A stretch of DNA of 36,660 nt from Firmicutes bacterium ZCTH02-B6 (GTDB taxonomy: Bacteria > Bacillota > Limnochordia > Limnochordales > ZCTH02-B6): NCBI GenBank assembly GCA_002159155.1, contig LZRQ01000026.1, positions 1 through 36,660 on the forward strand. The letters are read 5' to 3'. Both the position numbers and the translations under genes were made by a program. Each line of letters opens with the position of its first letter. The first letter of the stretch is position 1. The notes beneath the pieces are model-generated. The model saw only the letters and a program-made list of their open reading frames with translations, was not told the origin of the DNA and ran no database searches. Positions 9,213 through 18,048 of this stretch are shown here, piece after piece.

Positions 9213-9518
9213 TTACCCTTCGAGTTGCGCCTCTACCGCCTTGATTTTGTCCTCCATCGTGGCCGTCTTGTCTCGCCGGTCGTCGATCTTGATCACCGAC
9301 GAGATGCGGCCTGCGCCCATGGCAGCGACGGCGTCGTGCATGCGAATGATGCATTCGAAGATCTCTCGCAGGTCGCCCTCGATGGTGGTGAACATGGGGT
9401 CGAGGCGGTAGCGCAGATTGGGATATTCCCGGAGCACCTTCTCTGCCGCCGCCACATAGCGGCGGACGCTGGTTTCGCCCGTCCCGATGGGCGCGATGCT
9501 GACCGCGACAATGGCCAC
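9213..9518 (-). CDS. MTH1187/YkoF-like (DUF77) small protein, putative thiamine-binding family
   Basis: 101 aa. MAIVAVSIAPIGTGETSV..YVA.A...L......Y.L.PM.T.IEGD..E is the characteristic N-terminal pattern of the MTH1187 family. GTG start at 9518 with SD ggaggg 6 nt upstream. Confidence 0.8.
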   Translation of the reverse strand: MAIVAVSIAPIGTGETSVRRYVAAAEKVLREYPNLRYRLDPMFTTIEGDLREIFECIIRMHDAVAAMGAGRISSVIKIDDRRDKTATMEDKIKAVEAQLEG

Positions 9519-9656
9519 ACAGATCCCTCCTAAGACTCAATCTGGTGTCCAACCAGTGAGTTCGTGGCTGGGTGTGCGGTCCCTGCCATCAAGGGCCGAA
9601 GCGGCCTGCTTGTGGTAGACTGAAGCCGAGACGATACCGAGAGCGAGGGCCGGCCT

Positions 9657-10766
9657 GTGCGTACAGGCGTCGTCCAGTCACCCCTGCATACCGGCCATTG
9701 CCCGCCGTGGCTGTTCGAGCGCATGCGGCAGTTGTCGGCGGCCATCATTGAGGCCATTGTGCACGCCTTCGGGCCGCAGGAGGTGCTTGCGCGCCTCGCC
9801 GATCCCATCTGGTTTCAAGCCTTTGGCAACGTCCTCGGCTTCGACTGGCACTCGTCGGGTTTGACGACGGTCGTATGCGGGGCCATCAAGGAAGGGCTGG
9901 CCGAGCGCCAGGGGGACCTGGGCATCTTCGTGGCCGGCGGCAAGGGCCGGGCCTCCCGCAAGACGCCGCAGGAGATCGAAGCGGCCGCGGAGCGCTTTGG
10001 CCTCGGGGTGGACGTGGCGGGGTTGCAGTATGCCAGCCGCATGGCGGCCAAGGTGGACAACAACGCGCTGCAGGACGGGTTCCAGCTTTACCACCACATG
10101 TTCGTCTTCACCGCCGACGGCACGTGGTGCGTCATCCAGCAGGGGATGGACGAATCGAGCCGCTACGCCCGCCGCTACCACTGGTTGAGCCGGGGGCCGG
10201 AAGATTTCGTCCTCGAACCCCACAGCGGCATACTTGGCGACGGCAGCCGGGATGTGCTGAACCTCGTAGCCCGGGAGTCGGAGGCCGTGCGCCAGGCGTC
10301 GACGGAGCTGGTGACGGATCCCAAGGAAGTGTTGCGGGTGCTGCGGGAGATCCACGCCGGCCGCTACACCAAATTGCTCACGTTGCCTCCGGGCCATGCG
10401 GTGCCCGATGCCGACCGGCTGGACAGGATCCTGTACCAGATTTACGAGGTGAAACCGGAAACCTACCGGGACTTGGTGGGGTTGTCCGGCGTGGGCGCCA
10501 GCACCCTCCGGGCGCTGGCCATGGTGGCCGAAGTCGTCTACGGCGCCAAGCCCAGCCGCGAGGACCCGGTGCGCTATAGCTTCGCCCACGGTGGCAAGGA
10601 CGGCCACCCGCGCCCCGTCAACCGGCGGGATTACGATACCTCTATTCGCGTGCTGCAACAGGCCATCGAGCAGGCGCGCCTCGGAAACCGGGACAAGCTA
10701 GAGACCTTGCGGCGCCTGGCCAAGTGGGAACAGCGGGTTGGGTCACCCTCTACACCCTCTAGTTGA
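9657..10766 (+). CDS. DUF763 domain-containing protein (function unknown)
   Basis: 369 aa. N-terminal PLHTGHCPPWLFERM....FGNVLGFDWHSSGLTT pattern recognised as DUF763. A helix-hairpin-helix-like segment LVGLSGVGASTLRALAMV sits at residues ~272-290. Confidence 0.7.
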   Translation: MRTGVVQSPLHTGHCPPWLFERMRQLSAAIIEAIVHAFGPQEVLARLADPIWFQAFGNVLGFDWHSSGLTTVVCGAIKEGLAERQGDLGIFVAGGKGRASRKTPQEIEAAAERFGLGVDVAGLQYASRMAAKVDNNALQDGFQLYHHMFVFTADGTWCVIQQGMDESSRYARRYHWLSRGPEDFVLEPHSGILGDGSRDVLNLVARESEAVRQASTELVTDPKEVLRVLREIHAGRYTKLLTLPPGHAVPDADRLDRILYQIYEVKPETYRDLVGLSGVGASTLRALAMVAEVVYGAKPSREDPVRYSFAHGGKDGHPRPVNRRDYDTSIRVLQQAIEQARLGNRDKLETLRRLAKWEQRVGSPSTPSS

Positions 10767-10893
10767 GGGGGCGATTCCGTCTCTTTGTGCTTGCAGTCGT
10801 GTGTATACAGTATACAAGAGCTCCAGCTTGAACCTCATATCGCGGGTTATACCCCCCTTGTCCCCAAGCAGGCACGGGTATGGAGTTCTGTGC

Positions 10894-11814
10894 TCACGTC
10901 TTTGTGCGCGGGTCCAGCGCATCCCGCAGGCCGTCGCCCAGGAGGTTGAAGGCGTAGACGGTGATGAGGATCGCCACCCCGGGTGCGAACACCAGGTGCG
11001 GGGCGATGTAGATGTACTGCCGGGCGTAATTCATCATGGAACCCCAGGTGGGCGTGGGCGGTTGGGCGCCCAGGCCCAGGAAGGAGAGAGCCGTCTCCGC
11101 CATGATGGCGCCGGCGATACCCATGGTCAGGCTCACGATGATGGGCGCCGTCACTTGTGGCAGGATATGGCGAAACACGATGCGCCCGGTGGAGCAGCCG
11201 ATGGCCCGGGCGGCTTCGACGAATTGCTCTTCCCGGATGGTGAGCACCTGCCCGCGGATGAGCCGGCACATGTCGGCCCAGCCAACGAAACCGAGGGCGA
11301 TGAAGACGGTGTAGATACCGGGGCCAATGGCTACGGCGATGGCGATGGCCATAAACAGGCTCGGCAGGGCGTCGACGACTTCCGACAGCCGCATGACCAG
11401 CATGTCGACCCACGTACCGGCAAAGTAGCCGGCCAGGGCGCCGAGGCCGACCCCGAGGACCAGGGTGACGACGCGGGAGGTAAGACCGACCGTGAGGGAA
11501 ATGCGGGCCCCGTGCACGATGCGGCTGAACACATCCCGCCCCGACGCGTCCGTCCCCAGCCAGTGCTCCTTGCTGGGCGGCTGCAGGCGGTTGCGCAGGT
11601 TGTAGTCGGTGACGGGGTCGTAGGGCGCGAGCCAGGGGGCAAAGATGGCCACGAGCGACAAGAAGAGCACGAGTACAAGGCCGGCCATCGCCACCCGGTC
11701 CCGCCGCAGCCGCCGCCAGGCCAGCGCCAGTTGGGTTTCGCCCAGGTACACGTTTCCTGCCGCTGCCGTTTCCGTGGCCGTCATGAGGTTGCTGGATGGC
11801 TTGCGAGCCGTCAT
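10894..11814 (-). CDS. Peptide/nickel-type ABC transporter permease (DppC/OppC-like)
   Basis: Six-TM permease with the binding-protein-dependent transport motif region (...ARAIGCSTGRIVFRHILPQ...). Start set at ATG 11814 (SD gggagga 7 nt upstream), not the ORF-track 11985. Confidence 0.88.
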   Translation of the reverse strand: MTARKPSSNLMTATETAAAGNVYLGETQLALAWRRLRRDRVAMAGLVLVLFLSLVAIFAPWLAPYDPVTDYNLRNRLQPPSKEHWLGTDASGRDVFSRIVHGARISLTVGLTSRVVTLVLGVGLGALAGYFAGTWVDMLVMRLSEVVDALPSLFMAIAIAVAIGPGIYTVFIALGFVGWADMCRLIRGQVLTIREEQFVEAARAIGCSTGRIVFRHILPQVTAPIIVSLTMGIAGAIMAETALSFLGLGAQPPTPTWGSMMNYARQYIYIAPHLVFAPGVAILITVYAFNLLGDGLRDALDPRTKT

Positions 11815-11827
11815 CGTTGCGTGTCCT

Positions 11828-11871
11828 CCCGTCCGCCTTTTCCCTGTCCGCCTTTCCACCCGTCCGCCTTT
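11828..11871 (-). repeat. Three tandem direct repeats (period 15-16 bp) in the inter-permease spacer
   Basis: On the mRNA strand: aaaggcggacgggtgg / aaaggcggacaggga / aaaggcggacgggagga. The last copy contains the SD of the downstream permease. Plus-strand cores gtccgccttt are at 11831-40, 11846-55 and 11862-71. Confidence 0.7.
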
Positions 11872-11959
11872 ACAGCGCGGTTCCAAGTTGGGCGGTTGAC
11901 AAGCTGGTCGCAACGTACGTGGATTCATCCCAGGCGGTTTTGTCTGATGTTCTCGGGCC

Positions 11960-12886
11960 TCAGTCATACCGCACCCGCGGGTCAATGAGGACGTACAAGC
12001 CGTCCAACAGCACGTTGACGCCTACAAACACCACCGCCTGGAACAAAAACGCCCCCATGACCACCGGCAGGTCCCGGGCGAACACGGCGTCCAGCGTGTA
12101 GCTGCCGATGCCGGGCAGGGCAAAGATGGTTTCCGTCAATGCCGATCCGACCAGCAGGCTCCCCAAGGACCCGCCCAGGGCGGTGACGATGGGAATCATC
12201 GCGTTGCGCAGGGCGTGCTTGTACACGATCACCCGCTGGCTCAAGCCTTTGGCCCGGGCGGTGCGGATGTAGTCCTGGTCCAGCACTTCGAGCACTACGG
12301 CCCGCGACAGCCGCGCCTGAAACGCGGCGATGTTGGTGCCGAGCACGACGGCGGGCAAGAGGTAATGGCGCCAACTCCCGTCGCCGATGCCCGAAACCGG
12401 CAGCCATCCGAGCCACACGCCGAAGATGTACTGCAGCGCCAGCCCCTGGAAAATGACGGGCGTGCAGACGCCGATGAGCGACACGTTGCGCAAGGCGGCG
12501 TCAATCCAGGTGCCTTTATGGACCGCCGCCCACACGCCAGCGGGGATGCCCAGCGCTACGGCGATGGCCAGGGAGTACAGCGACAGCCGCAGCGTCACGG
12601 GAAACCGCGCCTGGATGCTCTCCGTAATGGACCGGCGATTCAGGAACGAGCGGCCCAGGTCGCCTTTGAGCGCCCGGCCAACCCACGTCGCGTACTGGAT
12701 GGGCAGGGGCTTGTCCAAGCCCAGCTCCGCCCGGATGAGGGCCACCGTCTCAGGGGAAGCGCGCTCGCCCACCACCGAGAGCACCGGGTCCCCGGGCACG
12801 ATGAAAAACAGGATAAAGGTGAATAGCGATACGCCAAACAGCACCGGCACCACCAGCAAGAGGCGCCGGATGAAGTAGCGCGACAT
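11960..12886 (-). CDS. Peptide/nickel-type ABC transporter permease (DppB/OppB-like)
   Basis: MSRYFIRRLLLVVPVLFGVSLFTFILFFIVPGDP... is the classic DppB/OppB N-terminus. ATG 12886 has SD aagggagga upstream. The ORF-track start at 12949 adds 21 non-conserved aa. Confidence 0.9.
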   Translation of the reverse strand: MSRYFIRRLLLVVPVLFGVSLFTFILFFIVPGDPVLSVVGERASPETVALIRAELGLDKPLPIQYATWVGRALKGDLGRSFLNRRSITESIQARFPVTLRLSLYSLAIAVALGIPAGVWAAVHKGTWIDAALRNVSLIGVCTPVIFQGLALQYIFGVWLGWLPVSGIGDGSWRHYLLPAVVLGTNIAAFQARLSRAVVLEVLDQDYIRTARAKGLSQRVIVYKHALRNAMIPIVTALGGSLGSLLVGSALTETIFALPGIGSYTLDAVFARDLPVVMGAFLFQAVVFVGVNVLLDGLYVLIDPRVRYD

Positions 12887-13024
12887 GCGTCCTCCCTTTC
12901 TGCCGCCGACAGGCGCCACCCCGCCGGCGGAGCAGGCGCCAACAGACAACGGCGTCCGTCGGCCACCTGGCTCCGCCGGCAGGGCCCGACATCAAAGGCC
13001 GGCAGGTACTCCCGGGGCCAGGAG

Positions 13025-14665
13025 CTACTCCACCAACCAGATGCCGGTCATCTTGTCGGCGTTGAAGATGCGGTAAAGCTGGTACCCCCGCACTTCCGGC
13101 CGGGTGACGACCCACGTCTGGCCGTAGAACAAGAACACTCGCGGCGCCTGCTCGAGGACCAAGTCCTCAATCTGGTGGTACAACGCGATCCGCTCATCCC
13201 GGTCGGCCGTCCGCTGGGCCAGCTCGATGAGGCGGTCCACCTCCGGGTGGCTGAAGCTGGTCCGGTTTCCGCCGGCGCCGAAGTTGTCGCTGTGGAAGAG
13301 CGGGTACAGGTAATTCTCCGCTTCCGGGTAGTCCGCACCCCAGGAGGCGTAGAAGGCGTCGATGGCGTTGCGGGTCGTGTCGGCCAGCATGGCGCTGAAG
13401 TCCCGCAGCACGATCTCCATACGGATGCCCGCCGCAGCCATCATCTGCTGGATGGGTTCAAACAGCTGCACGTTGACGTCGGAGTTGGCCATGTGCACTT
13501 CAAACGTGAGGCCGTTTGCGTACCCCGCCTCCGCCAACAGCTGCCGGGCCTTCTCCGGGTCATAGCCGTAGCCCACCAGGTCCTCCCGGTGGCCATCCAG
13601 TCCGGGCGGGATGGGCCCTTTCGCTGGAATCCGGGTGTCCTTGACCACGGTTTCCGCGAGCAGCTCCCGGTCCACGGCCCAGCTCACCGCCTGGCGCACC
13701 CGCACGTCGTCAAAGGGCGGCCGGGTGGCGTTGAGGCCGATGAAGTACAGCCAGAGGTTGTTTTGGGTCTGGATGTAGTCGCGGTAGCGGGGGTCGTTGC
13801 GGAAACGCGGCAGGTCCGCCGCGGACAGGCCCACCGCGTGCAGAGTGCCCGCCTCGAACTCCGCGATGAGGGTCGCCTGGTCGCTGATGACCCGGTACAC
13901 GATGCCGTCCAGGTACGGCCGGCCGGCGTGGTAGTCCTCGTGGGCCCCGAGCACAATCCGGTCGCCGGGGTTGAAGCTCACGAACTTGAACGGTCCTGTG
14001 CCCACCGGATTGAAGGCGTAGTCCGTGCGCGGGTCCGCGTACTTCTCGATTTCATTCCGGTCCACGATGTGGGCCGCGGGCATGCCCAGCATGCTCAGGA
14101 ACGGCGCGAAGGGTTCGGCCAGAGTGATCTGGATGGTGTACGGGTCGATGACGCGGATGCCGGAAACCTCGCTGGCTTGGCCGGCCATGAACTCCTTGGC
14201 CCCTTCGATGCGATCCAGCACCCACGTGCGGGGCGAGGCGGTATCCGGGTGCAACACTCTCTCGAAGGAGTACTTGACGTCCTCCGCCGTGAAGTGTTTG
14301 CCGTTGTGGAAGTAGGCGTTGTCGACCAGGTAGAAGGTGTACGTCCGGTTGTCCTCGCTGATCTCCCAGCGGGCGGCCAGGTTAGGGATGGGCCGCCCTT
14401 CCGTGTCAAATCCGATCAGGCCGTCGTAGAGCAGCGCGATGAGCATGCCGTCCACGGCCGCCACGGAGTACGCCGGGTCCAGGGTCGGCGGATCGTTGGC
14501 GATGGCCCCCATCCACGTGCCGCCATACTGCGGCGTTTCGGCGAGCGCATGTCCCGCGAGGAAGGCGCTCGTCACGAGGGCCAACACGGGTATGAGCGAA
14601 AGGCGCCACGGCCCGGGCATCGTGCGGCGAAACCTTTTAACCAGCAGCTGACCTAACCGTCGCAT
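13025..14665 (-). CDS. ABC transporter substrate-binding protein, family 5 (peptide/nickel)
   Basis: 546 aa with a signal-peptide-like N-terminus (WRLSLIPVLALVTSAFLAGHALA) and family-5 SBP blocks (...DPAYSVAAVDGMLIALLYDGLIGFD..., ...YASWGADYPEAENYLYPLFHS...). Confidence 0.9.
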   Translation of the reverse strand: MRRLGQLLVKRFRRTMPGPWRLSLIPVLALVTSAFLAGHALAETPQYGGTWMGAIANDPPTLDPAYSVAAVDGMLIALLYDGLIGFDTEGRPIPNLAARWEISEDNRTYTFYLVDNAYFHNGKHFTAEDVKYSFERVLHPDTASPRTWVLDRIEGAKEFMAGQASEVSGIRVIDPYTIQITLAEPFAPFLSMLGMPAAHIVDRNEIEKYADPRTDYAFNPVGTGPFKFVSFNPGDRIVLGAHEDYHAGRPYLDGIVYRVISDQATLIAEFEAGTLHAVGLSAADLPRFRNDPRYRDYIQTQNNLWLYFIGLNATRPPFDDVRVRQAVSWAVDRELLAETVVKDTRIPAKGPIPPGLDGHREDLVGYGYDPEKARQLLAEAGYANGLTFEVHMANSDVNVQLFEPIQQMMAAAGIRMEIVLRDFSAMLADTTRNAIDAFYASWGADYPEAENYLYPLFHSDNFGAGGNRTSFSHPEVDRLIELAQRTADRDERIALYHQIEDLVLEQAPRVFLFYGQTWVVTRPEVRGYQLYRIFNADKMTGIWLVE

Positions 14666-14877
14666 TCCATCCCCAACTCCTTTCCAAAAGGAATCGCTGA
14701 AGGGACATACTCAAGCCTTCAGGTGTGGTTGGCATGTGATATGAATTTTCAGATGACACCACCGATTTCCTTTCGCATCGTCTCACGAACGGTTGGGCTA
14801 CACGCATGCTCTCCGATTTATAGGAATGTATTCGGATATGACGAAAGAGTGACTTCACAGGGCGTAGAGTAAAAGCC

Positions 14878-15498
14878 GTGCATTTGACGAGCCAGCAGAG
14901 CTTGACGACGTCTATCCGAGTCTTGCCATACATCACCGTGTTGCGTTTCGATGACGCCAAGTGGCAGCTTGCCACCTACGTCCCACCCGCACCCGGCAAG
15001 CAATTGGACAGCGCAACGGTGGTCAGACCAGATGCGCAGGCAGAGGAGTTGACGCTGTACTTTGGTGGGCCGTGGTTTCACGGCTGGTGGAGCATCGGCG
15101 CACCCGAGCCTGGGACATACCAGTGGCGCCTGCGATACACCGATGGTTCGGTCGAGGAGGTTTCCATCTGGTTGCCGGAGTCGATATTCACAAGCATCGA
15201 GCGGCCGGTGCCCCTGACGCCTCTTGATGGGGACATCGTGAATACTACACAGCCGAGGTTGACTTTTCACGTTTCCGGAGGTGCCCAGGAAGTCTACGTC
15301 CGCCTACGCAAGAAGGATGCTCCACTCAGGGACGAACAGTGGTTTCGCGTGACCAGCCCCGGCGAGTTCCAGGTGCCACCCGGCGTTCTGGAACCGGGGG
15401 AGTCGTACGTGTGGATGGTACACACAATCAATGGTAAGCTTGCGTTCCCGTGGACAGAAGCCCAGTCGGATGAGTGGGAGTTCTCAGTGACCGAGTGA
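14878..15498 (+). CDS. Hypothetical protein, two tandem beta-sandwich-like modules, no signal peptide
   Basis: 206-aa ORF with coding-like codon usage in an AT-richer stretch. There is an internal duplication signature: EPGTYQWRLRY in the first half and EPGESYVWMVH in the second. GTG start with no clear SD. A hairpin terminator follows. Confidence 0.55.
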   Translation: MHLTSQQSLTTSIRVLPYITVLRFDDAKWQLATYVPPAPGKQLDSATVVRPDAQAEELTLYFGGPWFHGWWSIGAPEPGTYQWRLRYTDGSVEEVSIWLPESIFTSIERPVPLTPLDGDIVNTTQPRLTFHVSGGAQEVYVRLRKKDAPLRDEQWFRVTSPGEFQVPPGVLEPGESYVWMVHTINGKLAFPWTEAQSDEWEFSVTE

Positions 15499-15536
15499 AA
15501 CCCGCTGGGGGGACTGGTATGGTGAGTTGATCGTTG

Positions 15537-15565
15537 CGGGGGGGTCATGCCCCCGGATTTGTATA
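15537..15565 (+). terminator. Putative intrinsic terminator
   Basis: cggggg (15537-42) pairs with cccccg (15550-55) around a 7-nt loop, followed by the T-rich gatttgtatatt. Confidence 0.5.
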
Positions 15566-15678
15566 TTCCACGGAGGTAAGGTCAGGAGCTTGAAGTAGGA
15601 ATGTGTCCACCGGTAGGGGAATCTTGGATGTGCACTCGTTGACAATTCCGCAGGTCGTAAGGGGCTGGAGGGGCTAAC

Positions 15679-16491
15679 GTGAACGGCACGCTGTACGACA
15701 TGGCGCTCAACGCGTCCAACGTCTTGCGCCATTACCTCACCAGGATTATCGACGCCGCCCCGGTAGTGGTGGGAGCCCTAATCCTGCTGTTCGTGTTTTG
15801 GGTGGGCGGCAAGTACGCGGCGCGCATCGCAGGCCGGGCCATCGCCCGCACCGGTGCAGAGCCGCACGTGGTGCGGATCCTGGAGCGCACCATCTGGTAC
15901 GTCTTTATCGGCTTGGGCTTGGTGAGGTCCCTGGGCACCGTGGGGGCCGACCTGACGGCGCTGGTGGCCACGTTGGGGGTTGCAGGCTTCGCCATTAGCT
16001 TTGCGTTTCAGGACATCTTTGGGAACTTCCTGGCCGGCGTCATGCTGATGCTGCAGCGCCCGTTCAAGATTGGGGATTTGGTATCGGTGGCCGGCGGCGA
16101 GGGCGTCGTTGAGGACATCCGCATCCGCGACACGCTCCTGCGCACGCAGGACGGGCGCCTGGTCATCGTTCCCAACAAGAACATCCTCAACGGAACCATC
16201 ACCAACTACACCGCCAAGCCCGTCCTGCGGGTCGAGGTGGAAGTGACCGCCACCAACGGCGAGGGCCTGGATGAGCTGCGGGAGAAATGCTTGCGGATTG
16301 TCTCCGGCATCCACGGCGTGGCCAAGGAGCCCGCCCCCCAAGTCTTGGCGGGCAAGGTCGCTGGCGGCGTGGTGACGGCCGTAGTCACCTGCTGGATTGA
16401 TACTCGCGTGCGGGATTTCAAGGCTGTGACGGCCAGCATCGTGGAAGCGTTGCACAAGGGGTTGCCCGGCGCCAACGTGTCGCCGCGTTGA
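15679..16491 (+). CDS. Mechanosensitive ion channel family protein (MscS-like)
   Basis: Three N-terminal TM helices followed by the conserved MscS core ...GVAGFAISFAFQDIFGNFLAGVMLMLQRPFKIGDLV...G.VEDI.IR.T.LRT.DGR.V.VPN. SD ctggagggg precedes GTG 15679. Confidence 0.9.
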   Translation: MNGTLYDMALNASNVLRHYLTRIIDAAPVVVGALILLFVFWVGGKYAARIAGRAIARTGAEPHVVRILERTIWYVFIGLGLVRSLGTVGADLTALVATLGVAGFAISFAFQDIFGNFLAGVMLMLQRPFKIGDLVSVAGGEGVVEDIRIRDTLLRTQDGRLVIVPNKNILNGTITNYTAKPVLRVEVEVTATNGEGLDELREKCLRIVSGIHGVAKEPAPQVLAGKVAGGVVTAVVTCWIDTRVRDFKAVTASIVEALHKGLPGANVSPR

Positions 16492-16545
16492 CGGGGCGCC
16501 GCCGACCGACACACTGACCGGCACACTGGATGGGGGTGGAGCGGC

Positions 16546-17913
16546 GTGGCTAAGCCATCGGTCCAACATATCGTCCGGACGGACCTGGATCATGTCTGGC
16601 ACCCGATGACCCAGCACAAGGGGCTGGACAAGCGGCCGTTGATGGTCGTGGAACGGGCCTACGGCTCGACCATTGTCGACGCCGAAGGGCGGGAGTATCT
16701 GGACGCCATGGCGGGCCTGTGGTGCGTCAACGTGGGCTACGGCCGGCGGGAAATCGCGGAAGCCGTGTACCAGCAAATGCTGGACCTTCCGTATTACCCG
16801 CACCTGCAGATCAACCGTCCCGCGGCCGAGTTGGCCGACAAGTTGGCCGACTTGACGGGCGGGCGGCTGCGCCACGTGTATTTTGTCAACAGCGGCACCG
16901 AGGCCAACGAAGCCGCCATGAAGCTGGCTCGGCAATACCAGCGCCTGGTGCGCCCCAACGAGCCCCGGTACAAGTTCATCGGGCGGCAGCTGGCCTATCA
17001 CGGCACGAGTCTGGCCACCTTGGCCGTGGGCGGGCTGCCTGAGCGCAAGCGCCGTTTTGGGCCGTACGGCGACGGCTTTGTGCATGTGCCGCCGCCGTAC
17101 CCGTACCGCTGCCCGTTTGGGCTTGAGGGCGTCGCCTCGGAGTTGGCCGCCGCGCGGGCCTTAGAGCAGGCGATACGCAACGAAGGCCCCGAAACCGTGG
17201 CTGCGGTCATCATGGAGCCCATCCAAAGCGGCGTAGGCGTTTTGATCCCGTCGCCCGAATACTGGCAGGCCGTGCAGGATATTTGCCGCCGCTATGGCGT
17301 GCTGCTGATTCTCGATGAAGTCATCAACGGCTTCGGGCGTACGGGCATGTGGTTCGCTTACCAGCACTACGGCCTCGAACCCGACATGATCACGGTGGCC
17401 AAGGGGATTACCAGCGGCTACCAGCCGCTCGGTGCCGTGCTGGCCACAGAGGACGTGTTCGCCGCGTTTCTCGGCGAGCCCGACGAAGGCCGCGAGGCGG
17501 TTCAGGTCAATACATGGGGCGGCCATGCGGCGGCGTGTGCGGCGGGCTTGAAGAACCTCGAGATTATGGAGCGGGAAGACTTGCCGGGCAATGCCGCCCG
17601 CGTCGGCGCGCACCTGCTGAGCGGTCTCGACACCTTACGGGAGCTGCCCTGGGTGGGCGATGTGCGGGGCAAGGGGCTGCTGGCCGCCGTCGAGCTCGTC
17701 AGCGACAAGGAGGCCAAGACACCCCTGGATGGCGCGCGCATGGCCGCCGTCATCCGCGGCTGCAAGGAACGGGGCGTCATTGTCGGCCGCTCCAGCGGCA
17801 CCGGGGCAGGGCTGGGCAACTGCATCACCATCTCGCCCCCGTTGGTGTTGACCGCGGCGGAAGCCGATCGGATCGTCGACACGCTGCGGGAGGTCCTTAC
17901 CAACCTGAGCTAA
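16546..17913 (+). CDS. Class-III (omega) PLP-dependent aminotransferase
   Basis: 455 aa with WCVNVGYGR, NSGTEANEAAMKLAR, ILDEVINGFGRTG and ITVAKGITSGYQPLGA (PLP lysine context) motifs of the aspartate aminotransferase superfamily class III. Confidence 0.88.
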   Translation: MAKPSVQHIVRTDLDHVWHPMTQHKGLDKRPLMVVERAYGSTIVDAEGREYLDAMAGLWCVNVGYGRREIAEAVYQQMLDLPYYPHLQINRPAAELADKLADLTGGRLRHVYFVNSGTEANEAAMKLARQYQRLVRPNEPRYKFIGRQLAYHGTSLATLAVGGLPERKRRFGPYGDGFVHVPPPYPYRCPFGLEGVASELAAARALEQAIRNEGPETVAAVIMEPIQSGVGVLIPSPEYWQAVQDICRRYGVLLILDEVINGFGRTGMWFAYQHYGLEPDMITVAKGITSGYQPLGAVLATEDVFAAFLGEPDEGREAVQVNTWGGHAAACAAGLKNLEIMEREDLPGNAARVGAHLLSGLDTLRELPWVGDVRGKGLLAAVELVSDKEAKTPLDGARMAAVIRGCKERGVIVGRSSGTGAGLGNCITISPPLVLTAAEADRIVDTLREVLTNLS

Positions 17914-17945
17914 GGCGTGTCTGGCAGGGCCCAACAGGACAAAGC

Positions 17946-17975
17946 AAAAGGCCGCCGGCTCTTCGGCGGCCTTTT
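17946..17975. terminator. Bidirectional intrinsic terminator between convergent genes
   Basis: aaaag-gccgccg-gctctt-cggcggc-ctttt: a 7-bp GC stem extended by A/T arms, with an A-run on one side and a T-run on the other. Confidence 0.75.
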
Positions 17976-18048
17976 GCCGTTCCAACGGCGTCACGCCTTG
18001 TCGATTCCAGGACGACGACTCGTCCGGGCAGCTGGCGGCATGCCGGTC

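Noticed and set aside
9678-10658. 326-aa ORF on the - strand
   Set aside because: It is antisense to DUF763. The sense frame has the recognisable family N-terminus and a start context; the antisense frame is low complexity.
10802-10816. Perfect palindrome tgtatac-a-gtataca between the 3' ends of DUF763 and the DppC-like gene
   Set aside because: It is short and AT-rich and lies between two convergent gene ends, where an operator makes little sense. It is too weak to be a terminator stem and is likely a chance occurrence.
10738-11988. 416-aa ORF on the + strand
   Set aside because: It is entirely antisense to the DppC-like permease. Its composition (runs of G/D/R/H/P, no motifs, no SD) is that of a GC-rich shadow frame.
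13175-14656. 493-aa ORF on the + strand
   Set aside because: It is antisense to the well-supported family-5 substrate-binding protein and has a low-complexity R/G/V/H-rich translation; shadow ORF.
15778-17085. 435-aa ORF on the - strand
   Set aside because: It spans the antisense of both the MscS and aminotransferase genes, including their intergenic region. It has no family motifs; shadow ORF.
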